This document shows positions 1-12,332 of a stretch of 64,000 nt of DNA, one piece after another (the first letter of the stretch is position 1; each line of letters begins with the position of its first letter). The stretch is from Cirrosporium novae-zelandiae (Eukaryota). Both the position numbers and the translations under genes were made by a program. The notes under the pieces were generated by a model. That model was given only the letters and a program-made list of their open reading frames with translations. It did not search any database and had not been told where the DNA came from. The stretch covers positions 620,001 to 684,000 of the forward strand of contig JAPETS010000007.1 of NCBI GenBank assembly GCA_026023565.1. The letters are read 5' to 3'.

Positions 1-139
1 AGTAAAGTCGTCACCGAAACTGAGTTCAAAACAAGACAAGGCGCAACATGAGGCCAAGCAAGATCAAGAACGGCTTGAAACCCCTCGAGGATCTAGTGCA
101 TGACTAGGAATAAAGCAAAAAGGATGAGATGACACGTAC

Positions 140-308
140 CCTTGTAGATGTAGGAGCTGTAAGTCTCCTTTCTAGACTTGGTACGCTTCTTCTTCTCGCC
201 AGTACCAGAGGCAGCGGTCTTCTTGCCAGCTTCTTTGGACGCAGTGGTCTTGCCAGCTGGAGCCTTACCAGCAGTGGCGGGCTTCTTGTCGGCAGCTTTA
301 GGAGGCAT
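140..308 (-). CDS. HTB1: Histone H2B, exon 1 (gene continues through an intron beyond the left window edge)
   Basis: [10 protein letters not shown]...[18 protein letters not shown] is the fungal H2B N-terminus. GTACGT donor at 139; divergent from H2A. Confidence 0.96.
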
Positions 309-981
309 TTTGCTTATGGGTAAATTCGGAACTGCTAGAATGACTTGAAAATGGCAAGATAGAAGTCAAGAGATCAAGAATCGAAAATTGAAATCGATTG
401 ATGAGGGTAAACGGATGTTTGGTGAGAATGGCGGGAGTGGTGGATGTGAGATGATGGAAGGAGAGAAGAAGAAGTCGACGCGATTGAGCGACGACGGAGG
501 TATTTATAAGAAGGTCCGAAGGGTAATGGGTCGGTTGGATCACTGACGCTAGTGTGAAATGCGAAATGCGCGACGATGTGAGTTGACTAAATGGGGACTA
601 GCCGTAAAAAGAGCGAAAATGATGGGGAGGCAGGGAACCAATCTGATTAACCCCCCCTAGTTTAACTGCCCAAAGTAAAACAAAAAAACAGACGCGACCA
701 AAATCAAAAAAAACCACCACCACACATCCTTAGTACACACCCCCTCCCCACTAGTGCCTAGAGGTTGATCCCGCACCTGCCATCGCGTACCTTCACGCTT
801 TATAAACCCCCGACTTCCCATACTTCGCCGTCTCCCTTCTTTCTCTTTTTTCCATCCATCATCTACCGTACTCGACCTCTCATCAACTGGCGACCTTTGT
901 CAATCTGAATCCAATTATTCGCTTTCATAGCCACTTTTCGAATTTACTCAGCTTTTCGAATCTTCAACTAAATCCATCAAA
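309..981. promoter_or_regulatory. Bidirectional H2B/H2A promoter region
   Basis: Head-to-head histone genes. TATA-like elements near 502 and 800, CCAAT near 638, ACGCG (MCB-like) cores near 478, 692 and 784. Confidence 0.75.
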
Positions 982-1636
<655 letters not shown>

Positions 1637-2399
1637 GAAGTTTTCGGTTTATTGTTCATGGCGCAGGTGTGGGTTTCTTATCTGGCTTTTATGCGATAGG
1701 GTGACGACCGGAAATGGGATCCGGATTATGGCATTACATCGCTTAGGGTTGTAAATTATGTCCATGGCAATGGAATGAATGCAATGGGATAGCAATTTCG
1801 AATTGATTCTTTAATCATCAAAACTTTCTTGTGGAGTGTGCTTGTTCCTCAACCCAAGAGTCTGGGGATTCATTTTTAAACCGTCCTGACTCTCAACCTC
1901 ACTTGTGTTTAGCCCTATCATCGCCTTTTTGGATACGAAATCACATGATATTGAACAGGACTCTTCACTATAGTCGTCATAGTACATGGACTCGAAGCTG
2001 AATCGCCTACGAGTTTCGACGTCTAACAGTTCGTAGGTGAAAGAACTTTTGAAGGCACAACGGTCACCGGAATTTTTCGGAGAGGCTCATGTCATTTATA
2101 GAAGCTTGATACAGTTCTACTCGATTGCTCGCCAGGTAGTAATTGCTACAACTAGAACTAGGGCTTATAAATAGCTTGATAAGGCAGGTATAGCAAAGGC
2201 ACAATCGCTTATTCACATGGAAGTTCCAGCATATAGATATTGAGTGTGATGTAATTCAGTCTTGCTCATTAGTCCACATAGTTCCTTAGTATCAAGCGGA
2301 GAGGGCTCCGGAAATTTGGAGCTCGAATGTTTATTTTGCTGTTATAATAGTGGTATGTACACATTTCGATAAGAAATTGCCTGTAACATAAGGAAAAGC

Positions 2400-2925
2400 T
2401 CACAGTACCATTGGTGGGGGTGCTATATAACAATTAGTATACGTGGAGAGGAAAGCTCGGGGAAATGCGCATACGGTCGCAATTAGGAGGAGGCAGGTTT
2501 CTTTCAAATTTAGAACCTAGATTTAATCAGTGAGCGAAATCGCTAGCCAAAGACGCGAGAAGAAGAGCTCACCACCGGGGGCCGTTGGCGGGCGATATGG
2601 GTCCGGATGCTTCCAGTGTTCCAGTATTTTCTCAGTCTCAGAGAAAAGTTCCTAAATAAGATCCCAAACATCAGTATCTCATCTCCCACCCACAATCATG
2701 GACCCTCATACACGTTGCTGTCGTGGACTTTTAACGTCCTTGTTGGCTTCGAATAGCGATCTAATATACATGGCTTGTCCTCTCCAGAGGTGTCGGTGGA
2801 CACACCAGTTGAGAGACAGCTTCAGAGACCGCCGATAAAGGGACCTACTCAAATATATTAGCTGAAAGTGGATGATATACATGGGAATTTTACTATACTA
2901 ACGCGATCGTGGCCTGGGCCGACAT
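2400..2925 (-). CDS. NDUFB9: NADH:ubiquinone oxidoreductase B22 subunit, LYR family, 99 aa (exons 2925-2903, 2844-2712, 2651-2573, 2516-2475, 2422-2400)
   Basis: Not in the ORF track. Manual splicing gives MSAQATIASLYRRSLKLSLNWCVHRHLWRGQAMYIRSLFEANKDV...WKHPDPYRPPTAPGGSKFERNLPPP, containing the LYR motif and the HPDPY...PGGSKFERN signature. Four GT-AG introns, 300 nt in frame. Confidence 0.93.
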
Positions 2926-3339
2926 GGCGATTCGTTTTTTCGGCGGACCTCGAATTGTAAGATGAAGTGTGTAAGTAACTTCAAGCTATCACGATATTCG
3001 TAAGGGGGGGATGGAGATGAAGAGGGGAGATTTGATAGAATGAATTGTAGTTGGGTACTAATGAATGATCATAAAGGTTTCCCAGATGGTCACGACTCAC
3101 TTCCTCAATTCGGCAAATCAGTCTAGTCTTAAAAGAGCTGTGAGGTCAGCGGTCTACGTCCAACTTCTTTCCCTCCTTCCCGGTTCTTAACTTATTATTT
3201 GTTCTATGTTTTTACAACGAGCAAATTTTGCCTACCATTATTTGCAAATCTCCACTCTTCCCTCTTTATTTCGTTTTCATTTTCCTTTATATCTGTTCCT
3301 CGCTACCAAGTGGTTTCGATCATACTTGAGCCGAACGGT

Positions 3340-5167
3340 ATGGCTAGTCGACAGTGTTTCCGCAATGGCCTCCGAGCCAAGGCTACTTCCCGCCCATGTT
3401 TACTACCATATTCACAACAATTGGGTTTCAGAACCTCTGCGCGTACTGAGATATCTTTCACAAGAAATCTGACTTACAATACGAAACCATCTAGTGCCGT
3501 TCTTGCCCTCTCTACACCAAGGTGAGGAACAGCTCGTCATTCGCCGTTCTCAGGTCAAAGCTGTTCAAATTGCTCATGAGTATGCTATGCAGATGGAATT
3601 CGCCACTGTCAAGGTGTTCCTATGCCAGCTCTCTCCAGCAGAGATATTATGGTATGGATTCCTTCCTGCTCTAAGAATTCCTTAGCTAACTATCGTCAGC
3701 GGATAAGATTGTCAAGGTCCCAGACATGGCCGAATCGATAACGGAAGGCACTCTCAAGCAATGGATAAAACGTGAGCACTAGCTAGTGGTGACGTATCGC
3801 AACTGCGATAGAACTAATCACTAAAACCTGAATAACAGAGGTTGGGGACTATGTTGAGCAGGACGAGGAGATTGCAACCATCGAGACAGACAAAGTTTGT
3901 TTGGGTGTTTATTTCAATTCCGAATTTCCTAAATGCTGATTTCGCGTTCAGATCGATGTTGCCGTTAATGCGCCTATCGCTGGAACTCTGAAAGAATGCC
4001 TCGCCAACGAGGAAGACACAGTGACGGTTGGGCAAGATCTAGCAAAGATAGAAGAGGGGGGTGCTCCAGCAGAAAGCGGGGCTGAAACGGCCAAAGAAGA
4101 GCCTAAGGAGCCCGCATCTGAAGAACAACCTACGTCCTCTCAACCAGAGCAGCCAAAGGAAAAGAAAGAGGAACCAGAAAGTCAACCTCCTCCACCGTCA
4201 AAAGAGGAGAAGCCACAAGAGAAGAAGCAAGAGAAGAAGCCAGCTCCGCCTCCATCGTCCAAAGAGGAAGCACCAAAAACCACCCAAATTTCGATGGGAA
4301 ACCGAGAAGAGCGACGAGTATGTGTATATGTGACTACCGGAAAGATTTTTATTGACATTGAACGTAGGTGAAAATGAACCGGATGCGCCTTCGTATTGCC
4401 GAACGTCTTAAGCAATCCCAAAATACTGCCGCGTCATTAACAACATTCAACGAGGTGGACATGTCAAATATCATGGAATTCCGAAAACTGTACAAGGAAG
4501 AGATTCTCAAGAAGACTGGCGTAAAATTGGGTTTCATGAGCGCTTTCTCTCGAGCCTGTGTCCTCGCAATGAGGGACATTCCGACCGTCAATGCCTCCAT
4601 CGAGGGTCCAAATGGCGGCGATACCATCGTCTACAGAGACTACGTTGACATCAGTGTCGCGGTTGCAACACCGAAAGGTCTTGTGACTCCGGTTGTTCGC
4701 AACGTTGAGGGAATGGACCTCGTCACCATCGAAAAGTCAATTGCAGACTTGGGCAAGAAGGTAATATTCCATTTAGGTTCAATTCATTTTATTCTGGAAT
4801 GCTAATTTTGTTGAATGTAGGCCCGTGACAGTAAACTTACTATCGAAGACATGGCCGGTGGCACCTTCACTATCAGCAACGTTAGTTAACCTGTTTATTC
4901 CTTCTAGCACAGCTAACCAAATTCTTATAGGGCGGTGTCTTCGGTTCCCTCTTCGGAACCCCAATCATTAACCTGCCCCAGACTGCTGTCTTAGGTCTTC
5001 ACGCCATTAAAGATAAGGCCGTTGTGGTCAACGGTAAGGTGGAAATAAGACCAATGATGTTCCTCGCCCTAACATATGACCATCGTTTGTTGGACGGCAG
5101 GGAAGCCGTGACATTTTTGGTCAAAGTGAAGGAATACATTGAGGATCCTCGCCGCATGCTCTTGTAG
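3340..5167 (+). CDS. KGD2: Dihydrolipoyllysine succinyltransferase (2-oxoglutarate dehydrogenase E2), mitochondrial, multi-exon
   Basis: Presequence, lipoyl domain ([13 protein letters not shown]...IETDKID), [31 protein letters not shown] and catalytic YDHRLLDG. Confidence 0.97.
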
Positions 5168-6522
5168 GTTTTGTACTTTCTACGAAACAAGGTTAGACTT
5201 GTACTTGTACAGTAACAAATGGCTACTTGTATCGCATAACATGCGTACTTAATATGAGCGGATTTCCATATTTACCCATCAGCTCTCTTAGCCCCACTGG
5301 TTCCTACATAGCACAGTCGAGCGCCTATTCGAGAAGTAAGATTGCCTCACTGCGCTACCTGAAATATTTTGTCATGCTGTAGACGTAAAGCTGGTTTTTG
5401 GACGTCGTGGGGGTGGTTGGACATGTATTATGTATCTGTATCTACCTAGATGGCATTTCCATGGGTGTAATTGTAATAGCGATATGTGGACCTGTCAGTT
5501 TTGATGTCTTAGAAAGCTATTCCTGTCGCTATATTGATTCTAGGTTACCAGGCTGCTAGTACATCAGCTCATTGGATTCTTTTTTAATAGGGATTAGAGC
5601 TTTTTATTTATTTCTGCGTGTATATATATGTAAAATAATTGATTTGGGACATGTTTCATATTGGTTATGTTGTATGTTAGATCTTACATGTGGTTTTCAC
5701 TTTTAAATATTCTATGGATTTTATTATTATTCCTCCCCCCCAAAAAACAACCATTATTATAATATTGGTCTTTTAAAAAGTAGCCGATTACAACCTACAA
5801 TGTACCTTTAAAGAAAACACAAAGACGGAGACGAAGATAAGGGATTTGTTTTAGAGTATATGGACTTTGCTATTTTTAGTCTGAGTCTTTGGGGGGGTAG
5901 GTGTAGTAGTTCCGGAGCCTGGAAGGAGGTTCTTGGATAGAGGAGATAAAAAGTCACACATCATGATACATTCACAACATACACACTCGCAAAAAAAGTA
6001 CACTGAATTTAAATATATGATCGAAAGTCTTTGAATAATGACAAAGATATACAAATATCTATATACCTATGCATCCATGTGGACAGGATCTCTTATCCTA
6101 ATTCCGTTCCAGTCCATCCCATCCAACCTTTTGGCTTAGCTAAGGAGGTTGAAAATATATATCAAGCAAAACTGTCTTTTTTATTCAAGTGCCCGTCCGT
6201 AAGGTGGTATAATGTATTCAGCCAAGGAATTAACAACACTCGCATGTAACTCAACTTAACGGGACCAGAAGAAGAACTTGGGACGAAAGGCGTTAAATCA
6301 GCTCAAAGGACATTTTCTCATACTATGAAATAATTTAGGCTTTCCCCTACCCACCTCCGTACCTTAAGTGGATAATATATCTATCCCTAGTAGATGGAGG
6401 GTTAGTGCAAAATCTGATAACTGACATATATTAATCAGTGTATCAAATACATCCTCGCACGTTATAGTGTTTCATTGGGCTTGTGGGTTGTTTTGTGTAT
6501 GTATGCATGCTTCTCTCCATGG

Positions 6523-6546
6523 ATGAGTGAGTGAGTGAGTGAGTGA
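6523..6546 (+). repeat. (TGAG)n microsatellite
   Basis: atgagtgagtgagtgagtgagtga, read directly. Confidence 0.8.
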
Positions 6547-7535
6547 TACATGAAGGAGGGGCATAGGATTTGTTTTTTTTAGTGAGTGGTAGGGAGACGT
6601 TGGGATAGTGAACATGTGGGGAATTACTGATTTTGTAGTAGGCGGCTCGATGGTTAGTAGTGACATTTGGACCGCAAACACATAAGTCATATCAGTAAAA
6701 TCAAGTGTTTTCATAACCATAGGATAGAAAGAAAGTTAACATAGAAGAAATATGTGAGGGGACGCCATAATTATCATTGTCGAGAAGAGGCAAGCTATGA
6801 ACGATGAACGGAAAGAAAGGAAATATAGTATTCATATATATGACTGGAGACTTTCCATTCAAGAGGAATACTAAATAATTGTTTGAGAGGTGATAGTAAG
6901 AAGCATCCGTCATTGGACATGAGTGTGTAATCTTCGTGATGACGGGTGTTTGGCATATGACACGGAGATCAAGACAGAGAGGGTACCGTTCTTTAGCATC
7001 TTCTTCCTAGATAATTAATTAGATTATTTGTAACGACACTTGAGTCCAAAAGTTCTTATTTAACATCCTTAGAGGTGTAAAATGCTATCTAAACCATACA
7101 GGATGAGAATTGCCATCCAATGGTACTCTAAACCTTGTAACTTCACTCCAATGTTAAACAAAAACAGTTCCATCTGCCTAAAGGGACAGCAATCCAAAAA
7201 TTACATAATGCCCATCAGACAATCCAGGCAGAAACAATAGAATCTAAAATAGGAAAACGAGACTCGTTGACTCGTATGATGTTGATGACGATGATGGCTG
7301 TGTGCTGGTGATATCACCTAATGCATAGCCTTAAGTCCCTACCAACCCTACCGTACCTTTAATAGGCAAAAGACTGAAAAGAACACAAGAAATCCTTTGA
7401 AAAGAAAACAAGGGTATAGGCATAGGCCCATTGTAATTGTAGGTATAATCCCTCACATGTTAACTTCACTCCAAAACTCCTCGCGTCTCATCCCATTTTA
7501 GCTCCCCAAGAATTCGAGGATTAGAATTTAAATTC

Positions 7536-8764
7536 CTACACAACTGTCTCTGGCCTCTCCCCTTCTGCTATTATAGGCACACTCCCCAACACCGAATCCG
7601 GATTTCGCAGGACTAGCTGCTCGTGTTTTCTTGCGCGTAAGAAGTCACTTACTGCTCTTATTAAGATAAACCAACCTACTATCATCAAGATGTAAGATAG
7701 CACTTCAGAACTGCCAATGCCCGAACTTGATGATGTTGACGAAGAGGTTGAAGTGGTGGTAGACCCGGAGACTGCGGAGGCAGGATTGAAATCGTGGGAG
7801 TTAGGATCGGGAGGCGCGCCATAATTAGTGGTATCGCCATCCGAGGTGGCGTCATCGGTGGAACCTCTCATGTAAAAACCATACTGTACAAGTGTAAGGC
7901 CCAAGCCAGCGCGTGACCCATTCTTGGCGGCGTGCGTTGTGTGAAGTAGGTAGGTGAGGAGGAAGCCAACAAGTTGGAAGGAGGTGGAGATAGTGGCGTT
8001 CCAGACGAAGGAGAAGAGAGAACCGACAGGGAGGCCGTCCACGTAGACCTCATCGCTGGAAACGCCAGGAGCGAGGATCGTGTTTTCCCAGTAAGGAGGT
8101 GTGGCATCCGCCGCGGCTTGTTCATATGACTAAAGGTGGGGGATCGACAATTAGAATATTGGGAAAGATGGAGATATATGAATATGGAATATACAGATGA
8201 GACATACAGGGGGCTGATCCTCTAGTTTCTCTCCTCGTTCCGGTTTCGCAGCTAGGTTGGCAAAAACACCATCATTAGGAGCCATCGTCCTTATCGACGA
8301 CGGGTTGAACATTGGAAGTTCAGTTACTCTCCTCTCGATCCTTGGTGTGTGTGACTCCCCTCGATTATTTCCACCGGTGTTACTATTTCCAGATGCTGAA
8401 TTCGTTTGGGTGTCGGAGGGTTGTGTCGGAGGCGAGGGAGGAGTAGCTCGCATTAACCGTTGACGATCATCGACATCTTCATCGTCGGAATCAGACCCGT
8501 CATCAAAAGTGTCAGCAAGAGTTTGGTCGGCTTCGGATACAACTGGATCTTGAGAGAGTAGGGGTCGTGAGGTTGGTGAGGATGCCCTGGAGCGGAAAGA
8601 GGGTGGGGGTGAGGATGGAATGGGGGCAGTTGATGGTTGAAGGGCTATCGGGGAATCATCCTCATCGTGTTCATTGACCTATCAGAAGGTAAGAATATAT
8701 TTCAAATGAATAGATATATGAACTATATAAACGAACGTACTCTTTCATAGCGTTGAGGACTCAT
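7536..8764 (-). CDS. BSD2: Metal homeostasis protein Bsd2 / Rsp5 adaptor, about 362 aa (exons 8764-8741, 8678-8208, 8129-7536)
   Basis: NDGVFANLAAKP, a PPSY (PY) motif formed across the splice junction, AADATPPYW, and membrane segments FQLVGFLLTYLLHTTHAAKNGSRAGLG. Confidence 0.92.
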
Positions 8765-9640
8765 CGTGAGCCTCGGGGTTTCGCAAGGAAAGCGGTTAGG
8801 TAACCAAGAATGAGAATGTAACAAAATACTAGTATCTAGTGGAAAAGGAAGTAGTGATGTGAGAATTTGGAATTAAGGGTGGAAGTCAGGTCAAAGATAC
8901 CAGTTATTGGTAGATAGATGCAATGTAGTTGAGAAGGAAAAGCGCAATTAATTAGTTTGTAAGAACGGACAATGAACGATGATGTTAGACTTTGGTTGGG
9001 TTTGGTAGGTTTGGTAGGTTTGGTACAGTAATTCGTAACTTGGGAGTCGGAACAAACCAAAGGGTCGTTGTCTGATGGCCGGTGATAAACTCAGCCCCCT
9101 CGATCGATTCAATGCGAAACCCCGAGTAGCGATGCCTCAGTTCCGCACCGCCACATCCTCCACATTTTAGATACCTGGCAGGACTCACAAACTCCCCGCA
9201 AAAAACCCCTGTGCTCAAAATTAATTCTAATGGTAGTTATAATTAACAGGAAAGACAACAACACAGCAGTTCTACAATAATTTTGCCTAAAAATGAATTT
9301 TCGGAGACCACATTCACGATATTGGGAAATTAAACGAATATATATTCAAACAGGTGACTCACCCTCGGGTTTTCAAATAAAATCAGTTTTCAACAATAAT
9401 TTAATTTGAAGGTCTTTTTGAAGCCTAAAAAATAAAAAATAAAATTTTTGTTTGAAAGCCTCCTCGGGAAAAATAATAGTAAAAAAAAATTATGAGTCCC
9501 GCTTATTTTAGGACCAGCGCGCCTTGGTCATTTCTCTTTGCTTGTCTTATCCAACGTCATTGAGTTCTGTAGATATGAGCTTGAGAGAACAACAACAACA
9601 ACAACAACGGGTTTTCCTCAGTTAATATTTTCTATTCACT

Positions 9641-10163
9641 ATGGTACAGCCGGTAAGTTTTCTAATCACCTAATATATTACCTCTCCATGTCTGACCATG
9701 AATATTTCAGACTCTTTACAAAAATTGGCTTCGTGCCCTTAGTCGATGGCCAGCAGATCCCTTGCGACCCGACGTTTCCTTCCAGAAAGCCATGTTACGA
9801 CGGGTCGAAAAGCACTTTAACCCTGCTACTACTGTTTCAGAGAATAGTACTACCAAGAATCCTGCTCAGTCCACGGTTGTAAAGGTCAACAAAGCAGTAG
9901 AAATGCAACAATTGAATATGTTGAATGCCTTTTTAGACAACAAATATCAGAAGAAGGTGTGCCCTGACTACCACTACTGTTTGTGGCGTATATATGGCCT
10001 ATTTGCTGATTATTAGCAGTACGCTCTTTCGGATAATACATTAAAGCCCTTAAGCAATTCCGATTACTACAAGAACCTCATCATTGAACTGGATGAAGCT
10101 CCGAATAGGTCTTGGTTTGGCCGAACAATTAGGAGATGGACTAGTTACCTCCGATTTTCATAG
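9641..10163 (+). CDS. CBP6: Cytochrome b translation/assembly factor Cbp6 (UQCC2 family), 133 aa (exons 9641-9652, 9711-9956, 10020-10163)
   Basis: Spliced translation MVQPTLYKNWLRALSRWPADPLRPDVSFQ...LDNKYQKKYALS..LKPLSNSDYYKNL..ELDEAPNRSW; the WPxDxLRP motif matches this family. Confidence 0.85.
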
Positions 10164-10387
10164 CGCCTGCACCCACTTCCAGTATATAAAAATTATTACA
10201 CTATTCTCCATTGGATTGTGGGTTCTAGGTACCCCATACTCTGTGATTTTAGAGGTCTTCTCTTCCATTCTTATGATACAAGCTACCAACAGTTGATGTA
10301 TTCTTGGTACATAAGAGACTGAGGGTCTCCTGGAATCGTCTTTTTAATATTCGATGCAAGAGCTCTCTTTGGGAATGTTATGCAAGT

Positions 10388-11883
10388 TCATTTCTTGGAA
10401 TGGAAGCTTTCCGTCTCCTTGATATCTATTTTCCCACCGGAACCTACACTTGCATAATTTAGCTTCGTATGATCACGAGCAACGCTCCTGGGATTTGAGG
10501 TCTTGGAGTTTGTGTCGTCTTTCTTGGCTGTGAGAGTCACCGCCGATTGTAGTGCACCAGCAGGGCTATCTGCAATTTCGCTGACTTCTGTGGTTGTCAG
10601 AGCATCGCTCACTCGAGATGCGCGAGACTGCAATAAGATTGTCGTTGGACCATGGAATTGTAGAAATAGCTATAGAGATCAGTCTTGGTAAAATTTCATG
10701 GTTCTAGAAGGAACTCGCATACTCGGTCACCCCAGATCGTCCTCCTTGACCATGTACGGAGATGGAAAAGCATCATTCCTATTCTCTTCCACATGTCGGA
10801 TTCCCGCATATCCCTGAAGAATTTAGTATCTGGTAAGATACTTCCGAGATCCGGAACTTGGAACCGGAGCGTAGAAGATTTCAATCTATACGGCAAAGGC
10901 GGGTGCTTGGATAAGGTGTATGCGATGACATTGCTAACCAGAAAGATTAATCCTACAATTGACTGTGATTATATGTATATCGTACCTTGGATGGACTACA
11001 AACTGTTCCTCCTCTTTCAAGGTTATCTCATGTATATGTCCCCTCCCGATAAGAGCGAGTAACCCACGCCCGCCCACTCGAGAATTACCCCAGTGAGCTA
11101 GACTCTAGTCTAGTTAGCTAAAATTTGGTACATAAAATTCATAGCAGGTGCTTCTCACCAGCCGCATATTCGTTGTAGGTTGAATCCACATAGAATGACC
11201 CGTCCACGCAAGGATACCTTGCCTTTGTGCGACCATCCAGTCCATAGTGCCATCAAGGTGTACGACCGCAAATGATGTTATCGGAGATTTTGTCGATATT
11301 ATGAGCTTGAGAGGAGTAGTCGAAGATATCTGCATACTTTCAGTATCCTTCCACCACTTGAATTAGAAGGCCGTTTACCCGCTGGTATAAGAATGGTATT
11401 CTCAGCAAAGCCCGCCGGAAGGGCTCCAGTACTCGCAGCGTAGATACTGCCTGTAGTACCTCTCATTAGCTAAGATTTAGCACATTTCATAATTCTATAG
11501 TATACATTTTCAGCTTTTCCGCTGACTCCAACTAAAGTTCCCCGCCGAGTGTAAAGATTCGATGATGCGGATAGCGAAACAGAAAGGAGTGAGTACGGCG
11601 CTCCAAGGACTTCAAACCTGGCCTCTGTAACAATCAATTAGAATAAAATAACCTGGTACTATTATATGGGATTCTTACCAGGTGTCAGTCCATGTTCAAT
11701 GGGGGGTAGATCTGGACGAAGATCCGATAAATCTCGCGACGGAGAAGATTGTCCCGCGTTGAACTGAGCACATCTTCGTGTAATAGAGATGGGGAGAATA
11801 GTTGAAGGCAGCAAAGCCTTGTGTCTCAAAGGCAAAGGCTGATTAAACAAGCCCCGAGGGATCTCAAAAAGAGATCTTCTCAT
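10388..11883 (-). CDS. AIM24: Altered inheritance of mitochondria protein 24, multi-exon
   Basis: Arg-rich presequence; exons read [65 protein letters not shown] and [15 protein letters not shown]. Confidence 0.88.
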
Positions 11884-12332
11884 GATTGATAAAATATCTT
11901 CATTCAAAATATAATGTCCGAGTCTAGCTTTCAAAAAATACCGAGCTTACCTAGCTTTCCCGAAGCTCGGAGCTCGTTATGACGTCCAACGGCCCGCCTC
12001 TGGAAAATAATTGAAAGCACTTTTTACATTTCTTTGCGTGATTTCACTCTGTTCTGGAATCACGAATCACACTTATTTGTGCGCCCTATTTTCTTTCTTT
12101 TTTAGTATATTCTTGTACCTCTTCCTCCCTCTATTGTTATTGGGATTTACCCTTTTTGATTATATACCATCTCTGGTTTTAGTCTTCAAAAACCGTCTGC
12201 CCCACAATCTATCTTATGACACATCCTATATCTACTCGACCACTTGGAAATCGCCTATTGAAGACCATGGTGCCAGAATTAGAACAACAGAAGTACTAAG
12301 TGTGATCTCGGAACACAGACAGTTACTGAGAT

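Noticed and set aside
12267..12299. ATG upstream of ATM1 as the gene start
   Set aside because: It stops after 10 codons, whereas ATG 12333 gives a plausible presequence. It could be a uORF, but nothing supports that.
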